NCBI GenBank assembly: GCA_963770485.1 | Contig: CAVYPX010000009.1 | Location: forward strand, 248,081-288,080 | Direction: 5' to 3' | DNA length: 40,000 nucleotides | Origin: an uncultured Acidobacteriota bacterium | GTDB lineage: Bacteria; Acidobacteriota; Terriglobia; Terriglobales; Acidobacteriaceae | Shown here: positions 1 through 9,342 of the stretch, in pieces | Layout: every line of letters begins with the position of its first letter | Position numbering within the stretch: the stretch's first letter is position 1 | The notes under the pieces: model-generated | The model's input: the letters and a program-made list of their open reading frames with translations, nothing else | Databases searched by the model: none | Told to the model about the DNA's origin: nothing | Position numbers and translations under genes: made by a program

Positions 1-306
1 CGCGAAGTCGCAGCTCTGATTACAGCGGAAGTTGCGACTCCGACGATCGGCATTGGCGCCGGCCCGCAGTGCGATGGCCAAGTGCTCGTTTTCCACGACA
101 TTCTGAACCTGACCTTCGGTCCCCCGGCCAAGTTCGTGCGCCGGTACGGGGACGCTGCTGCGCTGATCAGCGACGCGGTACAGGCCTTCCGCGCCGATGT
201 GATCTCACATCAGTATCCCTCGGACCGCGAGTCTTATCATTTGCCTAAAGAAACGCAACAGTCGTTAGAGACGGTGCTGGAGCGCAAACGGGGGATGCGG
301 CGATAG
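1..306 (+). CDS. panB: 3-methyl-2-oxobutanoate hydroxymethyltransferase (PanB), 3' portion; the 5' end lies outside the window
   Basis: Frame 1 is open from base 1. The translation REVAALITAEVATPTIGIGAGPQCDGQVLVFHDILNL... matches the conserved C-terminal part of PanB as I remember it. Stop at 304-306; panC is nearby. Confidence 0.85.
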   Translation, partial: REVAALITAEVATPTIGIGAGPQCDGQVLVFHDILNLTFGPPAKFVRRYGDAAALISDAVQAFRADVISHQYPSDRESYHLPKETQQSLETVLERKRGMRR

Positions 307-317
307 AGCGAACCGGA

Positions 318-755
318 ATGAAATACTCGTGCTTGGCGCTGACCCTCGCCCTGGTGGTTGGTTGCTCTCTTCCGCCCAAAACGGCGGCGCCGTCGGCTGC
401 GGCGACTACTCCCGAGGCCCGAATCCAGCAGATTCCATTGGCGGACCCTCAGAAATACGCCGCCATGCGGGATATGAAGGGCTGGCAAAATCCCTACCTG
501 ATCGTCAGAGTCGACGGCGTGGGATTGCTGGACGCCGGCAACAACGAGCAGCAGATCGTGGATCCAGACAAGTTGCTTGAAGTGCTGGGCAAGCTGCCCG
601 CCTCGGCATGGCCGTACGGGCGCGTCGTTGCGATCCAGGAAGCTGCCGGGGCAAGGGCTGACGCAGATAAGGCCCAGCTCCGCAAGAACCGAGCCTTGGT
701 CGCGGGCACATTGGAAAGCGTGCAGGTAGTCATACAATGGGTTCCGTCGGCTTAA
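318..755 (+). CDS. hypothetical lipoprotein
   Basis: ATG start. The N-terminus MKYSCLALTLALVVGC is a signal peptide with a lipobox (LVVG-C). No domain recognised. Confidence 0.6.
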   Translation: MKYSCLALTLALVVGCSLPPKTAAPSAAATTPEARIQQIPLADPQKYAAMRDMKGWQNPYLIVRVDGVGLLDAGNNEQQIVDPDKLLEVLGKLPASAWPYGRVVAIQEAAGARADADKAQLRKNRALVAGTLESVQVVIQWVPSA

Positions 756-785
756 GGCGAACTCCTGGAACCTGCTCAGCGCAGA

Positions 786-1628
786 ATGGAAACCTGCAAG
801 ACCATTGAAGCAATGCGTGGTGCTTCCCGCGTGGCACGGCACGCAGGCCAGCGTTTGGGCTTCGTACCCACCATGGGCGCGTTGCACGAGGGCCATCTGT
901 CGCTGGTGCGCGTCGCGAAGGCACGATGCGGTGCGGTCGCCGTGTCCATCTTCGTAAATCCCCTCCAGTTTGGGCCGAATGAAGATTTGGCCAAATATCC
1001 CCGCACCTTCGGGCGCGACTGCGCCTTGCTGGAGAAAGAAGGCGTGGATTTTTTGTTCGCGCCAGCGGTGGAAGAAATGTATCCCGCAGGAGCTGTCACC
1101 TATGTCACGGTTGAAGGTCTAAGCGAGAAACTCTGTGGTAGGTCGCGGCCAGGGCACTTTCGCGGAGTCACTACTGTGGTTGCGAAGCTCTTTCACATCG
1201 TCGAGCCGGACTTCGCCTTCTTCGGCCAGAAAGACGCGGCCCAGGCTGCCATCATCCGTCGCATGGTGCGGGACCTGAATTTTCCGGTCGAGATCGTCGT
1301 TTGCCCGATCATGCGCGAGCCGGACGGTCTGGCCATGAGCTCACGCAACGCTTACCTTGATCCGAAGGAGCGCCAGACAGCGCTGGTGCTGCACCGCTCA
1401 CTGATGGAGGTAAGAAGTCGCTTCGAAAAAGGCGTGCGGAACGCAGGCAATCTGATCGAAGCTGGCAAACAAGTCTTCGCCGCGGAGCCCGCCGTTCGCC
1501 TGGATTACTTTGAAATTGTGGATCCGGACATGCTCGATCCGGTGGCAGAACTTAACCATCCTGCGCTCGTTGCTGTAGCAGGATTCGTTGGAAAAACGCG
1601 GTTGATTGACAATGTTGTGCTGTCCTGA
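786..1628 (+). CDS. panC: pantoate--beta-alanine ligase (pantothenate synthetase)
   Basis: ATG at 786. The PTMGALHEGHLSL motif and 280-aa length are typical of PanC. Adjacent to panB. Confidence 0.95.
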   Translation: METCKTIEAMRGASRVARHAGQRLGFVPTMGALHEGHLSLVRVAKARCGAVAVSIFVNPLQFGPNEDLAKYPRTFGRDCALLEKEGVDFLFAPAVEEMYPAGAVTYVTVEGLSEKLCGRSRPGHFRGVTTVVAKLFHIVEPDFAFFGQKDAAQAAIIRRMVRDLNFPVEIVVCPIMREPDGLAMSSRNAYLDPKERQTALVLHRSLMEVRSRFEKGVRNAGNLIEAGKQVFAAEPAVRLDYFEIVDPDMLDPVAELNHPALVAVAGFVGKTRLIDNVVLS

Positions 1629-1649
1629 TTGAGTCAGATACCTGCTTGT

Positions 1650-1740
1650 TGTCATTCCGGGCGAAGCGAGGAATCTGCAGTTTCTTCTGGCGCTCGGCGA
1701 AACTGCAGATTCCTCGTCGCTCTAGCTCCTCGGAATGACA
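1650..1740. repeat. 91-bp palindromic intergenic element, family A (TGTCATTCCG...CGGAATGACA)
   Basis: Outer inverted repeat TGTCATTCCG (1650-1659) / CGGAATGACA (1731-1740). Inner inverted repeat GCGAGGAATCTGCAGTT / AACTGCAGATTCCTCGTCGC. Related copies lie at 22052-22145 and 33793-33878. Confidence 0.8.
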
Positions 1741-1744
1741 ATTC

Positions 1745-2491
1745 TTATCGGTCTCCCTTCGAGCGCTTCTCTACTTCGACAATTCGCAACCACGGAAAAG
1801 TGAACAGGAAGTTGAAGCCCGTGCGAGACGCGACTGCTCCTGCGGCCTTGAAAGCCTTGACGTAATCCCCAGTATGGATGAAGTCAGAAATCAAGGCCCT
1901 GCCGCCGGGTTTGAGGACGCGAACGATCTCCCGGCAAGCCTGGTCACGCGCCGCCCGGCCCGGAATATTGTGGATGCACACGTTAGAGAGGACCACGTCG
2001 AAACTGGCGTCGGGGAACTTCATGGCCGTGGCATCGCCGTTTTGCACATCGACCTTTTCACGCATCTGCTCGATTTCCGCATTATGCAGCGTTTTGTCCA
2101 TGGCGTTGCCGGAAAGATCCTTGGCGCTCCAGATATCAATGCCCACGGATTTCCCCGTGGTCAGCTTCTTCGCCGCGCCAATCATTAACAAGCCGCGCCC
2201 AGTGCCTACGTCCAGCACAGTTTCATCGCCCTCCCAATTCACCATCTTCAACATTCGGTCGCGATGACGAAACTTGCCGACCTTCGCATACAGGATCATG
2301 AGGAAGCCTTCGACCAGACAAAACGCGCCCGTCGTATAGCCCATTGGCCCCATGATGACGGTTACCGGACCGAAGTGCACAGCCGGCACGAACCACGCCA
2401 GTATTGGAAGGCCAACGCCAAACAAGAACAGGTTGCGAATGACTCCGGGTGCGTCGATTCCATAGTCAGGTTTCGATGAAGTGGCGCTCAT
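1745..2491 (-). CDS. class I SAM-dependent methyltransferase with N-terminal membrane helices
   Basis: LDVGTGRGLL is a SAM-binding motif I. Two hydrophobic helices lie near the N-terminus. The ATG at 2491 is preferred over the TTG at 2515 used by the ORF track. Confidence 0.75.
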   Translation of the reverse strand: MSATSSKPDYGIDAPGVIRNLFLFGVGLPILAWFVPAVHFGPVTVIMGPMGYTTGAFCLVEGFLMILYAKVGKFRHRDRMLKMVNWEGDETVLDVGTGRGLLMIGAAKKLTTGKSVGIDIWSAKDLSGNAMDKTLHNAEIEQMREKVDVQNGDATAMKFPDASFDVVLSNVCIHNIPGRAARDQACREIVRVLKPGGRALISDFIHTGDYVKAFKAAGAVASRTGFNFLFTFPWLRIVEVEKRSKGDR

Positions 2492-2592
2492 GGCGACCCA
2501 ACGAGGATAACTCAAAAAAGGGAGCCCTCGACAGCACTGAGTCCTCCATCATCCATAGCGAACGCGAAGGAATGTTGACCGGAACCCAGTTG

Positions 2593-3237
2593 TCAGTTCT
2601 CGGTTCTCAGAATCCTGGGCCCCGAGACGAATTCATTGCCCGCGATCAGGTATCGCAGGCGCAGGGCTGCGGCTTTCGTGATTCCGATCCGTGTCGTCGT
2701 CAGAACGCGCCGCACCTTGTAGCCGTCATCGGCAATGAACAGGTCGGAACGAACGCTGGTCAGGTCTTTTCCGTTGTCCCGCTCGCGCGTGATGCCGAAT
2801 GCCTCGGCCAGCCGGCCGGGCCCGCTGGTCAACTTTCGCAGATCGCCGGCGCCGTTTACGGAAATGCCTCGCAATCGCCCCATTTCCTCGATTCCAGCTA
2901 GGGGTTCCACCGCGCGAAACAGGATTCCGCCGGCGACTCCATCCGGCAAGCAGGAAACATTCAGGCAATAGTGATTTCCGTAGATGAAGTAGACATAGGC
3001 ATAGCCGGGAGGCCCGAACAGCACGGCATTCCGCGCCGTGCGGCCGGCCGCTGCGTGGGCCGCCGGATCGTCCTCTCCGAGATAGGCTTCTACTTCTACG
3101 ATCCTGGCAGCCAAAGCCTTCTTTGCTTCCCTTCGCACCAGCACTTTCCCCAACAGCTCGCGGCTCACACGACGCGGATCGCGATCATAAAAGCCGCGCG
3201 GCAAAGCACTTCGAAACTGGAGGATAGGGCTCGTCAA
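2593..3237 (-). CDS. mpg: DNA-3-methyladenine glycosylase (MPG/AAG family)
   Basis: The motifs LPRGFYDRDPRRVSRELLGKVLV, EAYLGEDDPAAHA and YFIYGNHYCLNV are typical of the MPG family. TTG start at 3237, with no in-frame ATG near it. Confidence 0.88.
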   Translation of the reverse strand: MTSPILQFRSALPRGFYDRDPRRVSRELLGKVLVRREAKKALAARIVEVEAYLGEDDPAAHAAAGRTARNAVLFGPPGYAYVYFIYGNHYCLNVSCLPDGVAGGILFRAVEPLAGIEEMGRLRGISVNGAGDLRKLTSGPGRLAEAFGITRERDNGKDLTSVRSDLFIADDGYKVRRVLTTTRIGITKAAALRLRYLIAGNEFVSGPRILRTEN

Positions 3238-3292
3238 GTTTTGCCTTCCTGTTGGTAGTCGGTCAGTTTGGCTCTCCGTTTTCAGATGGCGT

Positions 3293-3345
3293 CATCCCGA
3301 AGCCCCGCGTTTTTACCAGCGGAGCAAGGGATCTCGCGCGAAGTA
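3293..3345. repeat. fragment of the family A/C repeat module
   Basis: GCGTCATCCCGAAGCCCCGCGTTTTTACCAGCGGAGCAAGGGATCTCGCGCGAAG aligns by eye with TGTCATCCCGAGCAAGCGTTCTTTGCGCAGCGAGGGATCTGGGCGAG at 15543-15589. Confidence 0.4.
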
Positions 3346-3521
3346 TTTCAAACTGGCCCACTCTTCCTGCCGGTGCCCTGGCTGAATCGTCACTGAGAGT
3401 CGGTCCAAAAGGTCAGTGCCGCCATAGAACTTCCGGTACAAGACTCGGAACCCGGTTTTGCCTATTGTGATGGAAAGTCTCTGGCCACTCAATCGCACCA
3501 TCAACAACTTAAGGAGATTGT

Positions 3522-4088
3522 ATGCTCGGGAAAAGCCTCAAGGTTGTTTCGCTGTTGTCGCTAATGACCGCGGTCGCCGTCGCGAGTACCGTTCCTGCTG
3601 GCACCAGGCTGACCGTGCGCCTGGACTCACAAATCAATTCACGCACCGCCAAGGCTGGCCAAGCCTTCCACGCAAACCTGGCTCGCGGGCTGGTGCTTAA
3701 CGGCAAGAGCATCGCCCCTGCGGGCGCACCAGTCAAAGGCAAGGTCACTTATGCGAAATCCAGCGGACGCCTGCACGATCCCGGCGAACTGACCCTGCGG
3801 CTCACTGCAGTGGAGATTAACGGAAACATGGTCCCAGTCTCAACCACCGCTTACCACGCCAAGGGCAAGAGCCACACCAAGGGTAACGTCGAGAAAATTG
3901 GCGGCGGAGCGGCGGCAGGAGCTTTGATCGGAGGCTTGGCAGGAGGCGGTAAGGGCGCGCTGATCGGTACCGCCGCCGGAGCAGGAGCTGGGACAGGACT
4001 GGCAGCCGCGACCGGCAAAGAGGAAGCCGTGATCCACGCCGAGTCGGCACTAACGTTCACCACAACTTCGACTGCGACGATAAAGTAA
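3522..4088 (+). CDS. secreted glycine-zipper protein, function unknown
   Basis: AAGGAG lies 6 nt upstream of the ATG. Signal peptide MLGKSLKVVSLLSLMTAVAVAS. The C-terminal GGGAAAGALIGGLAGGGKGALIGTAAGAGAGTG tract is glycine-zipper-like. Confidence 0.6.
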   Translation: MLGKSLKVVSLLSLMTAVAVASTVPAGTRLTVRLDSQINSRTAKAGQAFHANLARGLVLNGKSIAPAGAPVKGKVTYAKSSGRLHDPGELTLRLTAVEINGNMVPVSTTAYHAKGKSHTKGNVEKIGGGAAAGALIGGLAGGGKGALIGTAAGAGAGTGLAAATGKEEAVIHAESALTFTTTSTATIK

Positions 4089-4160
4089 TACCAGCGTGAA
4101 GTGTGGGGGCGCGGGGCGGTTCAGAGACCCGCCTCCACACACGAAAGCATCAACCGCATC

Positions 4161-4622
4161 CTACGCCGCGCTCTTCAAATATGCCAGTACCTCCTCCGCA
4201 TGGCCTTCCGGCTTCACTTTGCGGAAGACATGTTTGATCTTCCCGTCCGGGCCAATGATGAACGTTGTCCGCACCACGCCCATCACCTTCTTGCCATACA
4301 TGTTCTTCTCCTGGATGACACCGTAGAGGTTGCAGACTTTCTTGTCGGCATCGCCGAGCAGCGTAAACGGCAAGCTGAACTTCTCCTCGAATTTCTTTTG
4401 CGCCGCGGAGTTATCCGGCGAAATGCCCAAAACCACCGCGTCTGTCTTTTCGATCTTCTTGTGTGAATCGCGGAACTCACAGGCTTCAATGGTGCAGCCG
4501 GGAGTGTCGGCTCTGGGATAAAAATAGAGCACGACGTACTTTCCGCGAAAATCCTTGAGCGAAACCGGCTTGCCATTCTGGTCGGGCAAAGTAAACTCCG
4601 GGGCTTTATCATTGATATCCAT
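4161..4622 (-). CDS. bcp: thioredoxin-dependent peroxiredoxin Bcp
   Basis: MDINDKAPEFTLPDQNGKPVSLKDFRGKYVVLYFYPRADTPGCT carries the peroxidatic Cys motif. ATG at 4622 is preceded by GGGAGGGAGAG. The 67-aa N-terminal extension in the ORF track is not supported. Confidence 0.9.
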   Translation of the reverse strand: MDINDKAPEFTLPDQNGKPVSLKDFRGKYVVLYFYPRADTPGCTIEACEFRDSHKKIEKTDAVVLGISPDNSAAQKKFEEKFSLPFTLLGDADKKVCNLYGVIQEKNMYGKKVMGVVRTTFIIGPDGKIKHVFRKVKPEGHAEEVLAYLKSAA

Positions 4623-4692
4623 GGGTGTCTCTCCCTCCCGCTCAACGTTATACCTTACCGGCCGCCGGGTCGTCATCCCGGGCGCACTGGCA

Positions 4693-6090
4693 TTGATCCT
4701 CGGGCTGACAGTCGTTGTTCTCACAATGCTGCCGCAAATTGCGCCGGCACAAATCACGCGCAGCACGAAAGTTATTAAGGGACCGCGCGCCCTGGGTCTG
4801 GTTGAACTGGCGCCGAATGGCAAAGCTCACCTGATCCCCATCACCATCCTCTACGATGGCAAGTATTACGATGCCGGCGCGTACAAGGCATCTCCCGTTC
4901 CGATGGCGCTCGAATCAGAAACCGTTTATGAAGGGATTCGCACGGGCGTTTCCCAGGGACTGTTTACCGTGACGGCCGCGCTGGAACGGAAAGTTGACAA
5001 CACCTGGATTGCCGAGGGTACGTGGCTGCCGGCGGGTTCGATTCCGCCGAAATCGGCGAATAAGCCGGCCGGGTCGTCGAAGCCTCGTGGTATGGACGAA
5101 GATGAAGGTCCACCGAAGCTGAGACGTTCCGGGCCGCAAAAAGCCAAGGCTCCGGAGACCGCGCCAGCGCCCAGCGCGCCAGCGCCCACGCCGCCAGCCC
5201 AACCGGCGGCTTCGCAGGCGGCGCCGTCATCTGCGTCCGGAGCTGCATCCAGCGCGGGTCCTGCAACCAGCACGCCAGGGGCGGCCACGGCCACAGCTAC
5301 GACGGCGTCAGCATCCTCGGCGGCTCCGCCCGCAGATCAAGTAGACGCCGGTCAAACCGACAAAGACCGGCCCGTGCTACGCCGGGGCAAGCCCGCTCCT
5401 AAGCCGGCAGAATCGCCCGGCAAGCCGCTGGCGACGACGCCAAAGACGGCTGCCCATCCGCCGATAACTCCGGCTGCCTCTCCGGCGAGCCAGGTTCAGC
5501 TCATTCCCGCCATTTCCGACGCCGACGGTCCCGAACCTCGTCCCTATACCTATAGTCTGAAGCCGGAAGAAGAGCAGCAATTCCGCAGCAAGATGCTGGC
5601 GCTGGCGGCTGAGGAGATCCGCGCCCGCGCTAAGCAACTAGCAGGCGAAACGATTGCCTCGCCGCCGCCCCATGCTTCCTCGCCCCGGGCTAAAGCGGCC
5701 AAGCCAGCACAGCCCAGTTTCGAGGACGTGCAGCTTCGGGTGTTTGATCTATCGAACAGCAACGAGCCCGAGGCGGTGCTGACCGCTAAGGCGCAGCTTC
5801 CCCGGCGGACCGGTGGGAAGGAGAGCGCAGCGCCAGACCTGCAGTATTTCGTCACCCTGGTGGCCAGGCAAGATATCAACGGTGATTTTCACAAGGCGTT
5901 GGCGAACGTGACGGACACACAACACCTGGATGTCCTGCCCCGGTTCGAGTTGATTGACGCGGTTGATGCCGACGGAGACGGGCGTGGCGAACTGCTCTTC
6001 CGCCAGGTGTCCGACGCGGGCACGGCGTTCGTGGTGTATCGCGTGATCGGAGACCAGTTGTGGCCGCTGTTTCAGGGCACGCCGGAATAG
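4693..6090 (+). CDS. hypothetical exported protein with a long Pro/Ala/Ser-rich linker
   Basis: Long ORF with typical codon usage. The start is uncertain: TTG at 4693 gives a hydrophobic N-terminus, ATG at 4726 is the alternative, and the track start at 4555 overlaps bcp. The central low-complexity region runs about 170 aa. The C-terminus contains DADGDGRGELLF, which resembles an FG-GAP/VCBS motif. Confidence 0.55.
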   Translation: MILGLTVVVLTMLPQIAPAQITRSTKVIKGPRALGLVELAPNGKAHLIPITILYDGKYYDAGAYKASPVPMALESETVYEGIRTGVSQGLFTVTAALERKVDNTWIAEGTWLPAGSIPPKSANKPAGSSKPRGMDEDEGPPKLRRSGPQKAKAPETAPAPSAPAPTPPAQPAASQAAPSSASGAASSAGPATSTPGAATATATTASASSAAPPADQVDAGQTDKDRPVLRRGKPAPKPAESPGKPLATTPKTAAHPPITPAASPASQVQLIPAISDADGPEPRPYTYSLKPEEEQQFRSKMLALAAEEIRARAKQLAGETIASPPPHASSPRAKAAKPAQPSFEDVQLRVFDLSNSNEPEAVLTAKAQLPRRTGGKESAAPDLQYFVTLVARQDINGDFHKALANVTDTQHLDVLPRFELIDAVDADGDGRGELLFRQVSDAGTAFVVYRVIGDQLWPLFQGTPE

Positions 6091-6170
6091 TGGAGCTGGC
6101 CGCTGATGTTCACAGATTTACCCAGATAGGACCGCTCTGAGAGGCTGTGCCTTTTTGACTTCTCGCATTC

Positions 6171-6275
6171 CAGGATGACATGGCATTTCACGAATTCACC
6201 CGCCCCCCAGACCTGTCATCCTGAACGAAGCCGAAGGGCCCGCCCAGCCGGAGCGAAGCCTGCGGTGTCGGGTCG
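6171..6275. repeat. composite repeat fragments (family A end plus family B-like core)
   Basis: CAGGATGACA (6171-6180) and TGTCATCCTG (6214-6223) are inverted. The sequence TGTCATCCTGAACGAAGCCGAAGGGCCCGCCCAGCCGGAGCGAAGCC combines modules also seen at 19152-19176 and 19222-19245. Confidence 0.5.
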
Positions 6276-6309
6276 ACCAATGGCGCGAACCGCTTTAATG
6301 CTATTACAT

Positions 6310-6341
6310 TCAAAAGCCCCTTCCAGCAGCAGAAGGGGCTT
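6310..6341 (-). terminator. intrinsic terminator candidate after the TPR lipoprotein gene
   Basis: 10-bp stem AAGCCCCTTC (6314-6323) / GAAGGGGCTT (6332-6341) with an 8-nt loop. On the minus strand the hairpin is followed by TTTTGAATG. Confidence 0.5.
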
Positions 6342-6361
6342 CCATATCAGAAACAAAGAAA

Positions 6362-7177
6362 CTATTTGCCCGATGAATCCATGGTGATGCCCTGTGCGCC
6401 GGGCTGCTTCTCGGCCTTGGCCTTTTTCGTAGCCATGGTCTTATCCACCCAATCATCGGCGGTCTTCAAATCGGCGGCGCGGGCCGCAGGATCATCGCAT
6501 TCCACGTCCGCTCTCTCGCGATACATCAGGTTCATATAGGCCATGGCATCGTCGTAATCAGGGCGCAGTTGGAGCGCCTTATTGAGAGCATCAATACCGT
6601 CCTGAATGTTGGCCGAATTCTTCTCTTTGAGCAGCGCGCAGACCTTCTTGTCCTTCAGCGGCTCTTCCGGCTTGAGTCCTAACTTGGCGCGTTCTTCCAT
6701 GCGCGGCTGATAGGTCTGGGTCCAGTCGATTACGCCGACTGAGTAATACGGTTCAGGATCATTGGGATCGATTTCCAGCGCCTTGCGGTAGTAGGTCTTG
6801 GCGTCGTCGAATTTCTTCATCTGCAGATAGATGTAAGCAATTCCCTTGACGCTATTGATGTTCTTGGGATCGCGCTCCAAAACTGCCTTATATTGGTCAA
6901 TCGCCTGCTGCCCGAGGCGGGCGTTGTCTTCCGCTTCGACGCCTGGAATGTATTGCTGCGCGTACGCGGTGGCCAGGTAAAGGCGAGCGTTCAACAGACT
7001 GGGATCCAGTGTCACCGCCTGCTGGAAGTGCTCAATGGCCTCTTCATATCTAGCGTTCTTGTAGGAATTGACGCCCTTGTTCAACTGGTCGCGCGCCTTC
7101 AACTTGTCGCAACCAGCGGAGGAAAGCAGCACGCAACCGACTGCCATGAGCGCCAGCACTCGTATGTTTTTTTTCAT
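6362..7177 (-). CDS. TPR-repeat lipoprotein, last gene of the tonB-exbBD cluster
   Basis: The ATG at 7177 gives MKKNIRVLALMAVGCVLLSSAGC, a signal peptide with a lipobox. Multiple TPR-like repeats are present (YEEAIEHFQQAVTLDP, FDDAKTYYRKALEIDP). The upstream 36 aa in the ORF track is unsupported. Confidence 0.8.
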   Translation of the reverse strand: MKKNIRVLALMAVGCVLLSSAGCDKLKARDQLNKGVNSYKNARYEEAIEHFQQAVTLDPSLLNARLYLATAYAQQYIPGVEAEDNARLGQQAIDQYKAVLERDPKNINSVKGIAYIYLQMKKFDDAKTYYRKALEIDPNDPEPYYSVGVIDWTQTYQPRMEERAKLGLKPEEPLKDKKVCALLKEKNSANIQDGIDALNKALQLRPDYDDAMAYMNLMYRERADVECDDPAARAADLKTADDWVDKTMATKKAKAEKQPGAQGITMDSSGK

Positions 7178-7332
7178 TGCCTTATGACTCTCCCTCGCCA
7201 GGAAAACGACGTCAGAAAAATTGAGACACGTCCAGCCCGACCGCGCACGACCGCTTCGGGTACAGTTGGTCGGTGACTGCGCCAACCATGCGCGTCCCGC
7301 TGTGGTAAATGAAAATCTCCGACCGCGCGTCT

Positions 7333-7776
7333 CTAGCCGCCGGCCTCGATCTTGGCCGTGATCAGACCCACCTTGTCTACGCCCGACGCATGGGCAATGT
7401 CAATGACATTGGCTACGTCAGCAAACGGCACGTTGTCATCACCCTTGACGAACATCACTTTCTCGGCGCGGGTTTTGAAAATATCGGTCAGGCGTCCCTG
7501 CAGGCCTTCCCAAGTGGTGTCTTCCTGGTTGATTTTCAGTCCCGGCTCCTGCCCCGGCCCACGATCGATCAACTGAACCACGATCGTGCGGTCCGGGGTG
7601 TTGTTCTTGGGCGCGTTCGGCGGTGGCGGCTGAGGTACCAGCGCCTCCAGTCCCTTGGGGGTCAACGGCGTGATGACCATGAAGATGATCAGCAACACCA
7701 GAAGGACGTCAATCATCGGCGTCATGTTAATGCTTGCAATTTGCGACCCGCCCCCACCACTAACTCCCATTCCCAT
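7333..7776 (-). CDS. exbD: biopolymer transport protein ExbD/TolR (second copy)
   Basis: The INMTPMIDVLLVLLIIFMV membrane segment is typical of ExbD/TolR. GAGGAGAG lies upstream of the ATG. Confidence 0.85.
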   Translation of the reverse strand: MGMGVSGGGGSQIASINMTPMIDVLLVLLIIFMVITPLTPKGLEALVPQPPPPNAPKNNTPDRTIVVQLIDRGPGQEPGLKINQEDTTWEGLQGRLTDIFKTRAEKVMFVKGDDNVPFADVANVIDIAHASGVDKVGLITAKIEAGG

Positions 7777-7788
7777 AAGATCTCTCCT

Positions 7789-8247
<459 letters not shown>

Positions 8248-8386
8248 ACCTGTCTCTCCTGCCCGCCAGATTCCGCGCCGCCAGCCCCGTGAACCGATGT
8301 TCCCTCAGGGTTCAAAACCGGGCGCCGAAGGACTCTCCGGCGCCAGGCCAGCAACTCAGGGTCGAAGCCAATCCCGCTTACAACGC

Positions 8387-9142
8387 TCAGGACCGGCGCA
8401 TTCCCCGCCGCTTGAGGAAGTAATCGATCAGTTCGCTCGACGAGTTATCCATCTCCACGTCGAAAGCCTCTACGCGCCCGGTCAGATAGTTGAACATCAT
8501 CACGGCCGGGATGGCGACGAACAAACCGATGGCAGTGGTCACCAGCGCTTCCGCGATACCGCCTGCGACCGCGCCTAGACCGGTAGCCTTCTGCTCGGAA
8601 ATACCTTTGAAGGCGTTCAGAATGCCCATCACCGTGCCGAACAGCCCGACGAACGGGGCAGTCGATCCAATGGTGGCCAAGCCGCCCAGACCGCGCTTCA
8701 GCTCGGCGTGGACGATAGCTTCAGTCCGCTCCAGAGCGCGCTTGGAAGCCTCGATGGTCTCGCCCGGAATTTCGCCGCTCTCCTGGTGAGCGCGGAATTC
8801 CATCAGGCCGGCGGTAACGACCTTAGCCAGGTGACTCTTCTTGTTGCGTTCCGCCACCTTGATGGCTTCGTCAATCTTGCCATCGCGCAGGGCACCGGCC
8901 ACGGCGGGAGCAAACGCCCGCGACTGCTTTCTCGCCGCGCTGAACGCCATCCAGCGGTCGATCATGACGCCGATCGACCATCCAGACATGATGAATAAGA
9001 TGATGACCACGCCTCTCGCCGTGGGCCCCATCTGGTGCCACAGCGAAATCGGATCCCAACCGATCGGCTGCTCCTGGAACAACCAGGCCGCCATGGTGGA
9101 CATGTTGCTCAGGCTATGGGTTGCTAAATTGGCTAGGAACAT
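8387..9142 (-). CDS. exbB: MotA/TolQ/ExbB proton channel protein
   Basis: Three membrane segments. The GLFGTVMGILNAF and GGIAEALVTTAIGL motifs are typical of ExbB/TolQ. GAGGAGG lies upstream of the ATG. Confidence 0.85.
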   Translation of the reverse strand: MFLANLATHSLSNMSTMAAWLFQEQPIGWDPISLWHQMGPTARGVVIILFIMSGWSIGVMIDRWMAFSAARKQSRAFAPAVAGALRDGKIDEAIKVAERNKKSHLAKVVTAGLMEFRAHQESGEIPGETIEASKRALERTEAIVHAELKRGLGGLATIGSTAPFVGLFGTVMGILNAFKGISEQKATGLGAVAGGIAEALVTTAIGLFVAIPAVMMFNYLTGRVEAFDVEMDNSSSELIDYFLKRRGMRRS

Positions 9143-9342
9143 GAGTTGCTTTTTCCTCCTCGGAACTTGTTTGTCGCCTAATCGCTTCTAATGGGCTTGC
9201 GTGATGACCTCTTCGGGTCATACTCGAGGGCAGCCTTCGATGCTTCCGCACGCCCCGTTCCCGAGTCGCGACAAAGGTAGGATTGGGGGAAGGCACTGGT
9301 CCTCGTACTGCCTCACATCTACACCGCTCCCGGTCCGGGGGT

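Noticed and set aside
3313-3507. 64-aa minus-strand ORF in the mpg / glycine-zipper divergent spacer.
   Set aside because: It has a TTG start with no ribosome-binding site, overlaps the Shine-Dalgarno and promoter region of the plus-strand gene, runs into a repeat fragment and has no recognisable motif.
4101-4140. Imperfect palindrome GTGTGGGGGCG...CGCCTCCACAC between the convergent glycine-zipper and bcp genes, considered as a bidirectional terminator.
   Set aside because: The stem is plausible (10 of 11 positions), but there is no U-tract on either strand, so an intrinsic terminator call is not justified.
4623-4823. N-terminal extensions in the ORF track: bcp to 4823, TPR lipoprotein to 7285, pilT to 16936, obg to 33400, DsbD-alpha-like to 37300, yajC to 13530.
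   Set aside because: In each case an internal start gives the canonical family N-terminus or a signal peptide and has a better ribosome-binding site. The extensions run through intergenic repeats or neighbouring genes.
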